From Chrysemys picta bellii (lineage: Eukaryota): DNA of 64,000 nucleotides. The DNA is taken from contig NC_088794.1 of NCBI RefSeq assembly GCF_011386835.1, forward strand, positions 26,660,001 through 26,724,000, written 5' to 3'. Under the pieces are notes generated by a model, which did not search any database, was not told where the DNA came from, and saw only the letters and a program-made list of their open reading frames with translations. Each line of letters begins with the position of its first letter. The stretch's first letter is position 1. The position numbers and the translations under genes were made by a program. Positions 38,509 to 50,879 of this stretch are shown one piece after another.

Positions 38509-39889
38509 CTAATAAAAGATATTACCTTGCCCACCTATACGCACCAGGATATTCTTGTAACCCTGTGTCAAGTGGCGCTGAGGGGTTCTTAAGGTCACAA
38601 GTAGGCCATTATATTTCACCCTGGTAGCCCTGTGTGGAATCAAGTAACATGTAACACTGCCCTACAGCACTCCCAGGCTGGCCTTGTGCTGAGCTGACGC
38701 CATCAGGAGAGACATCTCTCTGCAATGGGACAGACTCTCCACACAGGGTTCCGCCAACCCTATGACTAAGTGCACACTAGCAAGTTCTCAGGAACTGGGG
38801 GGTGGCATCTCATTTGCTTAGAGATCTGCATCCTCCACCAAAAATACACCCAGCCACCTCAAGGGAGGAAAAGAGCTGCTCATGGGTGAGATTACCAGCA
38901 GTGAACACTACAGCCTCCCAATGATCTCTGGGAGTGGGTGGCTGCAAACTCCAATAGGCCCTGGGCCTCACTTTGTGTATCCCAGTCTAGTGTCATACCT
39001 CTCACATGTCTGCAGATCCAGGGACCTTCAGTCCTATCCACTGGGGTTTATGCAGATGAGCACACATGGACTAACCGTGCGGTGATACAGAGTTTAATGT
39101 CTGCAGCCACAGGAATCCTGCCTGCTGGATGATCAGCAGTTAAAATGCCTGGAGGTCAGGAAAGGAGTCTAGGAGTTGAAAGCTCTTTAAGGCAAGTTTT
39201 ATGCCCTCTTACTTGCATCCAGTGCTCAGCACAATAGGACACCGGATTCTGATTGGAGCTTCTGCAATAATGGTCTTCAGCATGTATGTGAAGAGCACCA
39301 TTTCCTAGTCAGGATCTCAATGTGTTTGTGCATTGAGAGGTTAGATACAACTGCTAAGCAATCGGACAAAACAGTAAGTACCTCTCGGCAGGAACCAATC
39401 AGCATCATGCACAGCGGTAGCACTCGTGATCATTTGCACCAATGGCTTTGCCCCGACTCACTCTGTAGCCCCTCAGCCTCATCTTCCCTACCAGAAAAAC
39501 ATGGATTGTGATGCTTGCCTGTTGCCCAGGAAGGGCTGGAATGCATAAAGCACTTTGAGAGAGCTGGAGGGAAAGTGCTGTACAAACATATTGTCTATTA
39601 TACCCAAGAGCTGCTGGTTCCCAGCCCCCTGCTAAACGCACAAAGCTGAGGGAGGATCAGCAGGACTCCTGCTGCCCCCCACCCAAATGGAGCAATTCCA
39701 ACCCAAACCCTTCGGGAGAGGATGCTCCAGAGATGCTGAGAGGATTTCAAAAAGGACAGAAAGCCCAGTCCCGTGTCCAGTCTCACACAATAGCACCAAC
39801 TCCAAGCATCCAAAAGTTACAGGTCCAGTCCTAAAAAATCATGAGAGTGCCTTAAAAAATCATAAGGCCTTTTTAAAATAAATAAATAA

Positions 39890-41750
39890 ATAAATTTGGG
39901 GAGAACAAGCTGGTGGGAGAAATCTGAAGTGCAAGAGAAACAAAAAAGAATGAATGACTCAAAGGAGCTTGAGAGAGCAGGTCATGATAATGAGACCATC
40001 AAAAAATGCACACAAACAGGCCAAAGAAGGCTACAAAGGCAGTTGCTAAGGCAAGAATGGAGGCTAAAGAGGAATTAAACAGAAAACTGCAGGAAGATGA
40101 TGGCAGGAAATCGGTTTTTGGGTTGGCAAAAAAAAAAAAAAAAAAAGGAACACTAAAGCACAAGAAATGAAGAAATCTTCATATGTGAAGGATAGGTACT
40201 GTGTGGTGGTGACTAACCCCAAACAAGTTGTAGGAGCTATGGAAAAAATAATTCTAAAGGCTGTTAAATGAGAAGAGAGTTACAAGTGCAAGCACTGCTG
40301 ATAATTTTGGGGAAGCCTCCAAAGGTATATAAGAGATTGAATAGGATGAAGAATGGTAAAGCATTTGGAGAAGATGAAATAATTGTTGGTATGATCAAGG
40401 TAGTTGGAAATACTGGAGTAAAGTGGCATCACAGATTACTCAGAGTTTGCTGGGATCAAGCTAGGATACCAAATGACTGGAGAATAGGGTTGATTGTGCC
40501 TCTCTGGAAGGGTAAAGGTGATGCAAATGTTTGATCTGAACTGCTGTCACAGCATCACCTTGTTAAGTCAGCCTCAAAGTCCTGGAGAGAATTTTGAAGG
40601 CAAGGATGAGGTGCAAGGTGGAGAATATAGGAGAGAAGCAACATGGCTTTAGGAAGGGAAGGAGTCAATAGACACAATATTGTTAATGAGACAGAAGTTT
40701 AGAAGAATGATAAGTGGAGGGCATAACTACTATGTAGCATTTATTGATCTGGAGAAAGTGTATGACTTGGTTCCATGGGAGCTGGTGTTTGCAGTATTAA
40801 GATAGATGGGCAGGGGTGTTCAAGAAGTGGAGATGATAAACTAGCTGTATCAAGGGTCAACAGCTAAGGTGAAAACTATACATGCGATTCAGAATTTTGA
40901 AGTGACAATCAGATTGAGACAAGGCGGTATGCTGAGTCCACTTCTCTTCATCCTAGTTATGGCGTTAATTAGTAGGAGAACCAAGTCTGTGGAGACACAG
41001 AGAAAACTAAGGTATGCTGGTGACCTGGCCCTTTTAGTTGACAGCAGAGAGGAATTATTAAATATCTTATGAGAGTGGGCCTCTGTGTTTGAAGCTAAAC
41101 ATAAAGATAACTGAAGTTGTGCAAGTAGGCAAGGCTGAAGAAGAGCTGTTGATAGAAGTTTCAGGAGAGATGCTGAATCAGAAGAATTTGTGTACTTGGG
41201 AAATACACTTAGTACCACTGGAGGGTGGGGAGAGGGAAAGAACCCAATGTGCATGGGCCGCAGTGAAAAAAGTGGCAGGAGTACTGGGGGAGTGGCAATT
41301 AACTAACAAGCTGCAAGGAAAAGTGTATGCTGCCTGCATTTGTCCCTGCCTGCTCTAGTTTGGAAACAGTGGGTCTTACAGAGATGGAAGAGAAAACAAA
41401 AGATATAGGTAGCAGAAAATACTATAGTGAGGAGAATGGCAGGCAAGCAGAGAGTAGACAGAGCACACAGGGAAGAAGTTAGGGGGAAGTTGAACTTGGG
41501 ACTCTCAATGAGAGATAGGCAGGAGAGCACCAGAGCTCGTTTGAACGACCAGCAAAGAAAGCACAGGAGAGGACAGCAAGAAAGGGCATGGAAGACCAAT
41601 GATACAACAGAGTCAGTCAAGAGAAGTTTGACAAAAGGGCTGGAACTTCGAGTCCTAGACCTATGAACCCAAGTCATGGACCCAAAGGAGTGGCAAAGAA
41701 TCATGGGCACCTCTGGGTCTGCGTAAATGGAAAAGAGGTCAAGAAATGAA
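39890..41750 (+). mobile_element. Decayed non-LTR retrotransposon, RTE-clade-like reverse transcriptase
   Basis: Frame-disrupted RT segments IPNDWRIGLIVPLWKGKGD, FRKGRS, AFIDLEKVYD, LRQGGMLSPLLFILVM and YAGDLAL (YADD-like); many stops and frameshifts. Confidence 0.8.
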
Positions 41751-42150
41751 GTGAATGAATGCAAGGCTCACTGTATTTCCCTCGTGCTGTATGAGTCTCC
41801 GGAAGCATGCAGCATCACGATTTCCAGATTTTCTCTGCAACCATGACGGCTAGAAACTTACTTAACTCAAAAGGGCTGATTCTTGTGCAATCTCCAGCAG
41901 CTGAGGCCTTACGAGCGAACACTAAGAATCATGAGACTCACAATAAAGGGGTGAGCTGGCACCATTTAACAGAGCAGGATTCAGAGCAAGGCATTGGCGA
42001 TGCAGGGGTGCCTATCCCCCAGCCTGTAACTAGCCCCTTGTGAGCAACCCCTTTAGCATGCCAGGTCCCCAGGATCCGCACAGTCCCCTGAGGGCAGGCC
42101 TGGGGCCAACACACCATGAAAAGTGGGCCTTGGGGCACCAGTGAACCAGG

Positions 42151-42253
42151 TAGGGTAACAAGAGAGCAAGTGTGAAAAATCGGGACAGGGTGGGAGGGTA
42201 ATAGGAGCCTATATAAGAAAAAGCCCCAAAAATCAGGACATCTGGTCACCCTA
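42151..42253. mobile_element. Short hAT-type MITE, same family as 32228-32351
   Basis: TIRs; TSD GAACCAGG / GAGCCAGG (7/8 match). Confidence 0.85.
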
Positions 42254-42399
42254 GAGCCAGGGCTCCCTGCAGCCAGGCCAGCCCCTCACGCCTCCACCCA
42301 AGGGTCAAAGCCAGGCCCGGCTGGGGAACTGGGGCCCTATGCCAAGGGAGTGCTGCTGGGACATTTCACTGGGCTGGGGGAGGGGTCACCAGGTCACCT

Positions 42400-43150
42400 G
42401 CTGCCCCACAGTAGTGCCCCCCATTGCCCCTTGGACTGGTCCTCTGACCCCTCCCCTGCGTCCACCCCACCGCCCGTCCAGCTCGCACCTCTCGTCCGGC
42501 CCCACCGCGGTGCACGCTGGGAGCGGTAGTTCCAAGGGTCCACGGAACCCCCGCGGCTCACCATGAGCAGCCGCGCGGTCGGCTCGCCTCCCCCTTACAG
42601 CCACGCCCCCGCGCCAGGCACTTCCGAGTCTCGCCCTCCCCCGCGGCACTATGGGAAACGGAGTCTTCGCCGTCCAGCAGCCTCCGCAGCTCATAGAGAC
42701 GAGAACTCTGCCCCACTCTATGATCCAAGGCATCCGGAGGTGCCCCTGGGTTCTATCTGAGCGCTTCCGGTTCCGCCGGCCGGACCGGTCGCCAATGGCT
42801 GTGCGGTCTCCATGGGGATGGAAGATGGCGGCCCGAGGTACGTGCGAGGCCCGGCCCGGCCTGGCTGGGGGAAGGCAGCTGCGCCCGGGGGAACTGCAGG
42901 AGGCGCGATCGGGCCGCTGCGCCCTGGTTATGCAACCAAGGCCCGGGGGGTTCCTGGTGGGGGCCGGGGCTCGGGGGGTTCCCTGGCCGGAACCATTGGA
43001 GGGGGGCCGAGGGGGCCCCTAGGTGTGGAGGCATCAGAAAGCTCCTGGGTCTCCGTGTCCCGAGTCCCCGGAGGCGCTGAATTAAGAGGGATGTCAATTA
43101 CGATGTCCCAGAATCGCCCCCCGCCCCCGTAAATGTTGGCAGGGATTCGC
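42400..43150. promoter_or_regulatory. CpG island / bidirectional promoter of CYB561A3 and TMEM138
   Basis: CpG-rich. Minus-strand donor ATG|GTGAGC at 42562/42561 and plus-strand donor GAG|GTACGT at 42837/42838. Ets-like CTTCCGGTTCC (42764-42774), X-box-like GTCTCCATGGGGAT (42806-42819) and YY1-like AAGATGGCGGC (42822-42832). Confidence 0.8.
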
Positions 43151-44287
43151 CCTGGCCTTCCTGCCCCCACCTACGTGCGATCCCCTAGTATTGTTGCCCC
43201 TCCCACTGGGGGTGACCCAATTTGTTACCCCGACCCCCAGGCGGTGTACGGTACACACATACACATGTGTTATAGCAATCGGGGGGGCGGGGGGGGGGCT
43301 GGCTGGCTCTGAATTGCATTTCCTCTTTTCTCCTATGGACAGACCCATATCCCCTCCCCACGGGTGGGTAAAACCTCATCCCTGGTGTGGCAACCTGCCT
43401 CAGCTCCTATTCCTTGTCTCCTCTTCCCTGCCCGGGGTGATCCTGAGTCTCCAGGAAGGATCCCTCTGCTCCAGTCTCAGGCTGTGCGTGAGTTGCCCCA
43501 AATAAGATCACCCCATTGTCCTCTGCTCAACCCCGTGTCCCTTCACACCACTACCATTGTGGCTGTGCCCCCGCTGGCTCCCAAACCCAAATATATTTAT
43601 GATCCTCTTCCCTTATGGGCATCTGTAACCCCCCAAGATTCTGTCTCCTCTATTCTTCCTCCAGGGTTATGTCCCCCCCCCCACCTTCCTCCAAACGCAT
43701 TCTCTGCCGGTCTGTGGCCTGCCATAACCCTAAAGTAACCTGGGTCAGGCAGAACGAGAGCCCTCTGACTATGACTCACAGGGTAGAGAGCACCCTGGGT
43801 TAGGGCATGGCTCTGCATGGAGCCCCTGAGATCCTCTCCCTGGTATGCCTGCAGCCCCTAGGTAGGAGAGCGCCTGTGTTCTGGGTGAAGGGAGTCCAGG
43901 GTTACTGCTATGACCCTTAAGGGTGTTCTCTTGTAAACATCTTTGCTCTCTAGCCTGGAGCTTGGCTGCTGGCTAGCTGAAACTGAGAAGGTCCGATGGA
44001 TTTGGGCCCAGGTACTGTCTGGGAGCATGTGAAGCAGTTTGGGGAGAACCCCTGGCCAATCTTGGCTTTTGGTTGAGCTGCAGCTTCACCCCTAGGTCAG
44101 GTAGGCATTTGCCACAGGCCCTGCTGGAGATAAACCCTTTCTGACCTTCTCTTCCAGACTCCAGAGCTCAGCTGTAGGGAGCAGGGAGAGGCTGTGGTGC
44201 AGGAGGGGAGCCGAAGCCCCTCTGGCCCTGAGGATGAGCTGGCTCTGTTCTCTGGAATGCACACGCTGAGGGCCCTGGGAAAGGAAG

Positions 44288-47200
44288 ATGCTCCGGACTA
44301 GTAACTACAGCCTGGTGCTCTCCTTGCAGTTCCTGCTGATCGTCTATGACCTCTTTGTCAACTCCTTCTCGGAGCTGCTCCGCACAGCCCCCGTCATCCA
44401 GCTTGTGCTCTTCATGTGAGGCAGCAGGGGCTAGCGGTTGTATTGGGAGAGCTGGGTTCACTTCTCAGTTGTGGGAGGGAGTGCAGGCTAGTGGTTAGAG
44501 CAGGGGACTGGGAGTCAGGAGCCCTGGGTTCTCTTCCAGCTCACTGCCACTGTAGCCAAGAAAATGGGGATGAGAGGACACACTGAGGCAATGGAGTGGA
44601 GGGGGAGGACTTGGGGAAGGTTTTGTCCTCCTTCCCCTGCAGTGGGCAGCAGTACCTGACTGCTTTCCTCTGAAGCATCAGTTGCTAGCTGCCAGGGGGG
44701 AGGGAGGCGTAGCTGCAGGGAGAATCTGGTCTGTGGACAGTGGCTCCATTCCCAGAGCCAGCCCGTGTTCTTGGCACTAAGCCAAGTGTCAGTTACATAA
44801 AGATCTGGGGAAGAACATCTGTGTCTGCCCAGATCAATTATCAAAGCAGGGAATTACTGCACTAGGAGGGGCTGCCTGGGTTGGAGGAACCACCCAGAGC
44901 TGGCTGCCTCTCCTTCCAGGGGCCTGGTGCACGGTGTTGTTCCAGCACAGGCTTTGTGTTTTGCTGTGTAGGCCAGGGCAGCTGGGACACCCCCTAGGAC
45001 AGAGGGCAATGCTTGTGTTGGCCACTGTGTCCAGCACATGGCCCCAGGGAGGGCTGTGGTCTCTGGAAGTGTGCTCATGCATCTGTCTCCCTGCAGCATC
45101 CAGGATATCGCCATCCTCTTCAACATCATCATCATCTTCCTCATGTTTTTCAACACCTTCGTCTTCCAGGCCGGCCTGGTCAACCTCCTCTTCCACAAGT
45201 TTAAAGGGACCATTGTCCTGTCGGCGGCTTACTTGGTTCTGAGCATCGCCTTCCACATCTGGATCATGGTAAGGCAGGGCTTGTTCTCAGGGGGCGTAGG
45301 AACAGCTGTACACATCTGTCTAGATGGGTAGCTCACCCTCTTCCGGAGCAGCTGGGAGCCTGGTGCATCTGATATGATACCCACTTCCTGTAGTCCCAGA
45401 ACCACCCACTGGTCTGATGTCCTGCCCCAGCTGGACACTATCCATCTGCTCTGCTAGCCCCCTTCTGGCATAAAGGTTTAGAGAGGGCCAAAATTCCCCA
45501 TTGTGCAGCAAGCCAGTCCTGCCACACTCTATAAGCAGTGTGTTGTCTTGGCCTCCTGCTGGAGAGCAGCTTATCCTGAGGGAGGAGGGCTGACCCCTGA
45601 GCCTGGAGAGATCAGAGCTTCACTCAGGGCCCCTCTCCCCTTGCAGCTCCAGAGAGGGAGGATTGCTGCTCTGTGGAACGTGTCCGTCTCCCAAGGAGGC
45701 AGCAGCGCATCTCTGGAGAGTGTGGGGCACTCTAAGGAGAGGAGTGAGGTACCAGGAGCTGCCGCTAAGCACCCTTGCACCTGGGCCCTTGCTGATTGGG
45801 GGATTCACCCCATGCTTCAAGCAGGGGGATTGGGCCTGGAGTAGAAGCGGGGGAGGGATACAAGCCCCACTTCCTCTCCTCTCCCTTGGAGGGAGCTCAG
45901 CTGGGCTCCGTGCAGCCCTTCCCCAGCACCTTCCTCCCAACTTGTGACAGGGAGCATTGTTCCTCCCCAACTCAGATCCTTTCTTTGGGGGCACATGTGC
46001 CTCCCCAGCCTCCCCCTCTCTTCTTGGAGATTGGCCGTGGGGCTGGGCAGAAGCACGCCCCATCTGCCAGATTTGGGGAGAGCTGCTCCTCCCACTAGGC
46101 AGCATAGTCAGTTATGGCTCTTTGGGGACCTAATCTGACTCGGGTCTGCGAGCAGCCCTCCTGGCCACTTCAAGCAGAGTCCCCACTGCCGAGAGCAGGA
46201 GTGGGGCCTCACGCAGCAGCCTGTTGCATGGCCATCGGCAGGTGCTGGTGTCCTGGGCCTTGTGCTCTCTTGATGCCATGGTAGGAAACATGGCTGGGGG
46301 AGGCAACTCCACAGTGAGAGTTTATTTGGAGGGGGGATAGTTTGGGATTCAAAATACATTTGAATCCAACTCCTCCCTTGGCGGCTGGGGCCAGAGGATG
46401 GTGGAGGCATTGGTTCTGCCCTCAGGAGCGGTCCCAGGAGTGATCAGAATGCTCACAGTAGGGAAATCAGAGGTGTTCACTCCTAAAGAGGTGGTGGAGT
46501 GGCTGCACTGATCCATCTAGTGTGGTAGCCCACTCCCTCCTGGCACAGCTTGGGCCATTGGCCAGTCTGTTGATATCCTATCACTTCCTCCCAAAGGGAT
46601 TTTGCTCCATCTAAAAACCCAAATCACTGCTCAGCAGAAGCCAGGCCTCAGAGAACACCCTCCTGGCAGGGGACTGTTGGAGCTAGGGTGGAAACTGACC
46701 TGTGTCCTCAACTGTGGTATCCATGAGAGGGCAGTACAGCAAGAGCCTTTCCCTTTGAAATCCCCCTCCTTCCCTTTTCAGCTCCCCCCTGAGCAGCAGC
46801 TCCTGGTCTCGCCGGTTCTGATCAGGATCTAACAGATTAACAATTGCATCCTGGGTTGGATCATGTGTGGGAGCCCTAGGGAGTTGGGTTTACACGGATG
46901 CCTGGCTTGGTCGGTACTTGCCCTGGAAAGCTCCCAAGCCTGCTTTAGAGTCTTGCTGGAATGGCTTCCCCACCAACAAGGCTAATCCTTGGGTGAGCAG
47001 TGCCAATGTCCGCGCAGGGCAGTGCATGGGATAAATCCCCACCAGGAACCAGTGCTGGTTGCAGCAGCTACAGGCTGCGAGTGTCTGTCCCAGTTTGGGT
47101 TGGAGCAAGCACAGCTGCTGGCAGCTCTGCTTGTGCCCTGCCCTCCTCGGAGGAGAAGGGTAGGGAGGGTTGCTCTCTCCCCATCCTCAAGACACCCACC

Positions 47201-48920
47201 ATCCCCTCCTCGCCACTCCCATTAACTCTTTCCTGCCCTGTCTCTTAGGCACTGCGCCCTCCCCCCTTTGATCTCACCCACAGCGCAGAGTCTGTCTCTG
47301 CTACCTGCTGCGACATTGCCAGTCTCTTAAAGGGCTAGCTCCACAAATCCCATTTCTCTGCTGGAGCTGCTGCTTGGCTCTGAGACGCCGGGGTGAGCAC
47401 TGGGGTGACCGGCTGGCTGAGTCTAGTAGTACCTGGCCCAAAGCCACAGGATAATAAACCAGCCTCTTGTGTTGGATTCGACCGTTTGGTGCTGAAGAAC
47501 ATCAGTAATAAGAACCACTGACGCTTGTAACCCGCTGGAACAGAGCATCATGGTGAGGCACTGCCAGCCAGATACCAGCTGCCTTTGCTGCCATGAATGC
47601 CGTGGTCCCCCTCTGCCCTGCTCCAGCACCCCCCAGCCAGGAATTTCAGAACACCTGCCATCCAGCGCCCCCCCATGAAACAGGGAGCCACCAGCATCAT
47701 CTCCCCTCCCTCCCTCCCCCCTGCCACTGCACAGACGGTGACATTGAGGCACAGAGAGGGGCTCAGGGTCAAATCCTCAAGGGTATTTAGGTGCCTAACT
47801 CCCATTGAAATCAGTGGGAGTTAGGCACCTATATACTTCTGAGGAACTGGGCCTAGATGACTTGCCCAAAGCCACCGAGTTAGTGAGTAGCTGGGCAGCG
47901 GGATTTAAGAGGATTTTCTAGGATCTGTGTTGGGAAGCTTGACTGGGTCTTGGTGTTCTGTATAAATCCGCTGATCTGATTAACCTTTGTGTGCTCCCTG
48001 AGCTGCTCCCTGCCACTCACACCCCCGCTCGTAGGGAGGAGGAGGGAAGCCTCTAGACGGCTGGGCCCCAGGGATGGGCTCAGAGAGGGGGATGGTTCTT
48101 GTTGGGAAAGGGTTGTTTTGGAAAGTGGATCAGTACAGTAATAATGCATTTCTCCCCCTGCTGAGGGGCTCAGCCACTAGGGGGAGTCCTCTAACCCTGG
48201 GGAGATAGGGAGCTGCTTCCCACTGGGGATCTGGAGTAAGTGACATGGGGAGGTGACTGAATGGAGCAGCCCGGAGAAGAAAGGAGCAAGGAAGTGAGTA
48301 AAGGGACTCAGCGTGCTGAGCTCTGTGGTGGGCTGGGCAGGTGCTCACGTGTCCGTTTCCTGCCCCCTGATTTCCCTTGTGCCTCTCTCTCTCCTTCAGA
48401 ACCTGCGCTGGAAAAACTCCACCCGCTTTGTATGGACGGACGGGCTGCAGGCCCTCTTTGTGTTCCAGAGGCTGGGTAAGGGCCAAGCTCCATCATGGAC
48501 CCCAACACGCACACACAGACCACAGCCCCAGAGCAGAGCTACCATAGCTGGCGGTGGGCTGGCCCCATCTGCCTTCCCTGCAGTCTCCCTAGGCTGGGCT
48601 TGCGGTGGGTTTGTTAGGGAATGGCAGCTCTTATGTTCCCATGAGTCATACCAACCCCTTCCCATTGGTGCTGGATCTCAGGGAGGCTCTGCCTGTCCTG
48701 AAGGTCCCCAGGGCACACTGGGGTGATCCAGCAGGTGGAGGATGGGGTGGGGGAGAGGACATTCCCTAGCCGGCTGTGTTGTCTCACCTTCCTCTCGCTG
48801 TCCCCAGTGGCCGTGCTGTACTGCTACTTCTACAAGAGGACGGCCTTGCACCTGGGGGACCCCCGCTTCTACCAGGACTCCCTATGGCTGCGCAAGGAGT
48901 TTGCTCAGGTCCGCAGCTGA
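44288..48920 (+). CDS. TMEM138: Transmembrane protein 138 (ciliary), 162 aa
   Basis: Starts [17 protein letters not shown] and ends [16 protein letters not shown]. Exons: 44288-44415, 45097-45268, 48400-48475, 48808-48920 (489 nt). Inferred non-coding exon 1 ends at the donor 42837|GTACGT; exon 2 acceptor at 44158. Confidence 0.97.
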
Positions 48921-49509
48921 TGGCTTCCTCCAGGACCCAGAGCCGTGGCTGGTCCGTGGCTGCTCCCAGCTGGCTGGCATGGAGCCCCCCGTTCCACCTG
49001 CGCTCTCTATCAGCTGTCTGAGAAGCCAGTGTCTCTCAAGCCTGGTCTCACACTCCATCCCATGAACTAAACAGGCTGGAGAGATCCCATCAAGAGACGT
49101 GTCATCCTCGCACCTGCTGCTTTGCTGGTTGCCCGCTCAGGCTCTCCCTCATCCCCAGTAACTCATTCCACTCCCCTCTTGCAGATCAGCGAGCGGTTCC
49201 TGCCCCTTTCTCTCTAGACCCTCACTGAGGAGTGATCCGAAGTGCCAAGCAGGTTTGGCTGAGGACTCCTGTCCTGTAACTGCAGCATGGCTCCTCTTCA
49301 TCCAGAACAATCCTTCCACCAGCCCTACGCACAGCTAACTCGCCGCCTGACCAATGGGGTCCTGTTGGTATCGGCTCCATTTGGCCTCCGCTTTGCATAT
49401 CTGGTGGGATGAGGTGCCAGGACGCAGCCTGTCCTAGCCGCGCAGCGTTAGGCCTGTCCTGGTGGTAGACCCTCCTTTTGTACCTTCGTATTTTTGTAAA
49501 TTATGAGAC

Positions 49510-49515
49510 AATAAA
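49510..49515 (+). terminator. Likely TMEM138 polyadenylation signal
   Basis: AATAAA about 590 nt after the stop, followed by a GT/T-rich stretch. Confidence 0.65.
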
Positions 49516-50648
49516 TTGGCTTCATTTTCCAGAAACGTCCTTGTGTGTGCATGTTTTGGGTGCACCCTCCATACCCGAGGCCCTGTTCTATCCTAGGAGT
49601 ATGTGTCCCCCTCCCCCCCCAAAAAACACTGTTCTGTTCTAGCCCACATTGCAGCTAATTCCCCTACTGGGGGCAGGAGTCCAATGGCCAGAACAGACAC
49701 TCTCCATGCAGCTGCTGAGCTGCCTGTGATGTTTAGTCATTCTCCAGTCATGGATCAGGGCCCTGTTGAGCTAGCCACTGCAGAAACACAGAACAAAGAT
49801 GGCTGCCACCCTAAAGGGCTGACAATGTAAGCAGTAGGCAGGAGACAATAAGACAATACTGATCACCTTGACTGGCGGTGGTAGCAGTAGGGTCTGCGTT
49901 CCTACCACACAGTAGGCATTACTGAATGGGCAACTGCTGAATTCCTCCATCAGCTTGTTGGAGGGCTGAGCAAGGTGCAGAGCCTTGGTAAAGGCCAGGG
50001 CAGAGGTGTGTATCGGGAATGGTGCCGTAACATAGGGCAGGCAGAGTTACATGTAGACCCACATAACATAGCCCTTGTTTCCCATGACATTCCAATCTTG
50101 GAGGGGAGAGAAGATAAAGCACTTGCTAGCCTAATGATCTCAGCTAGATGGAGAAACCCTTCAGCTTGCCAGTGAGCTGTGTTTTCAGCATTGGTTTATT
50201 TCCAGGCTGCCTGCTCCAGAGGAAGGGGCCTGGGTGGTGTTTTGTGGTGATCAGAGCAGAAGGGAGTACAGTCAGGAGTTAGTTATTCAGAAATAAATTC
50301 TGTAATTCAGAACCATGTATTTCCTTTTTCCAGACAGGCTGTGGGGAAGAGGTCGGACAGTGACCCAACTATGCTGCTTTGGGGAAGGGAATGGGGGTCA
50401 CTGGTGAGCAAGGGGGATTACACCAATGCTGGGGGAGGGATATCTCCAAATGACCTGTGTTGTCTGTGGGTCGGGGTGCTGAAGGAGGGAACAGGGTCTC
50501 ATTGGGAAGCAGTGCCAGGGGTACTGCAGAGCGACCAGCCTTGCTGTTAGAGAGGGAGATCAGGATCCATAGCGGACTGTGAGGCACTCAATATTAGCCA
50601 TGAGCCCCTGGATAGCAGGAGGAGCCAATAGCTGCGTTGCCAACTCTT

Positions 50649-50779
50649 ATGCATCTGAAGAAGTGGGCTGTAGCCCACGAAAGCTTATGCTCTAATAAAT
50701 TTGTTAGTCTCTAAGGTGCCACAAGTACTCCTGTTCTTCTTTTTGCGGATACAGACTAACACGGCTGCTACTCTGAAAC
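50649..50779 (+). mobile_element. Penelope-like element terminal fragment (131 bp) with hammerhead motif
   Basis: ATGCATCTGAAGAAGTGGGCTGTAGCCCACGAAAGCTTATGC...ACACGGCTGCTACTCTGAAAC, flanked by a perfect 12-bp direct repeat TTGCCAACTCTT (50637-50648 and 50780-50791). Confidence 0.85.
50651..50690 (+). ncRNA. Minimal type I hammerhead ribozyme motif (PLE-associated)
   Basis: Stem I GCAT/ATGC, core CUGAAGA(A), stem II GTGGGC/GCCCAC with TGTA loop, GAAA, palindromic AGCU stem III, CUU triplet. Confidence 0.78.
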
Positions 50780-50879
50780 TTGCCAACTCTTGTGATGGGA
50801 TGACAAATCTTGTCATAAAGCTCCTGGAGGCAAGAGGCCGGGGGAGCATCGCAATGTCCCCAGCTGCGGGTGGGCAAAG

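Larger units (their letters stand above)
38017..38545 (+). mobile_element. Penelope-like element terminal remnant with hammerhead motif, interrupted by a MITE
   Basis: AGAC-CTGAAGAA-GAGCT/AGCTC-GAAAGCTT-GTCT, then ...AATAAA [insert] AATAAAAGATATTACC..., which resembles a reptile PLE tail as I recall it. Confidence 0.65.

Noticed and set aside
42812-44269. N-terminal extension of TMEM138 from exon 1 ATGs (ATG GGG ATG GAA...)
   Set aside because: In frame with the main ATG after splicing but terminated by TGA at 44267-44269, so at most a uORF.
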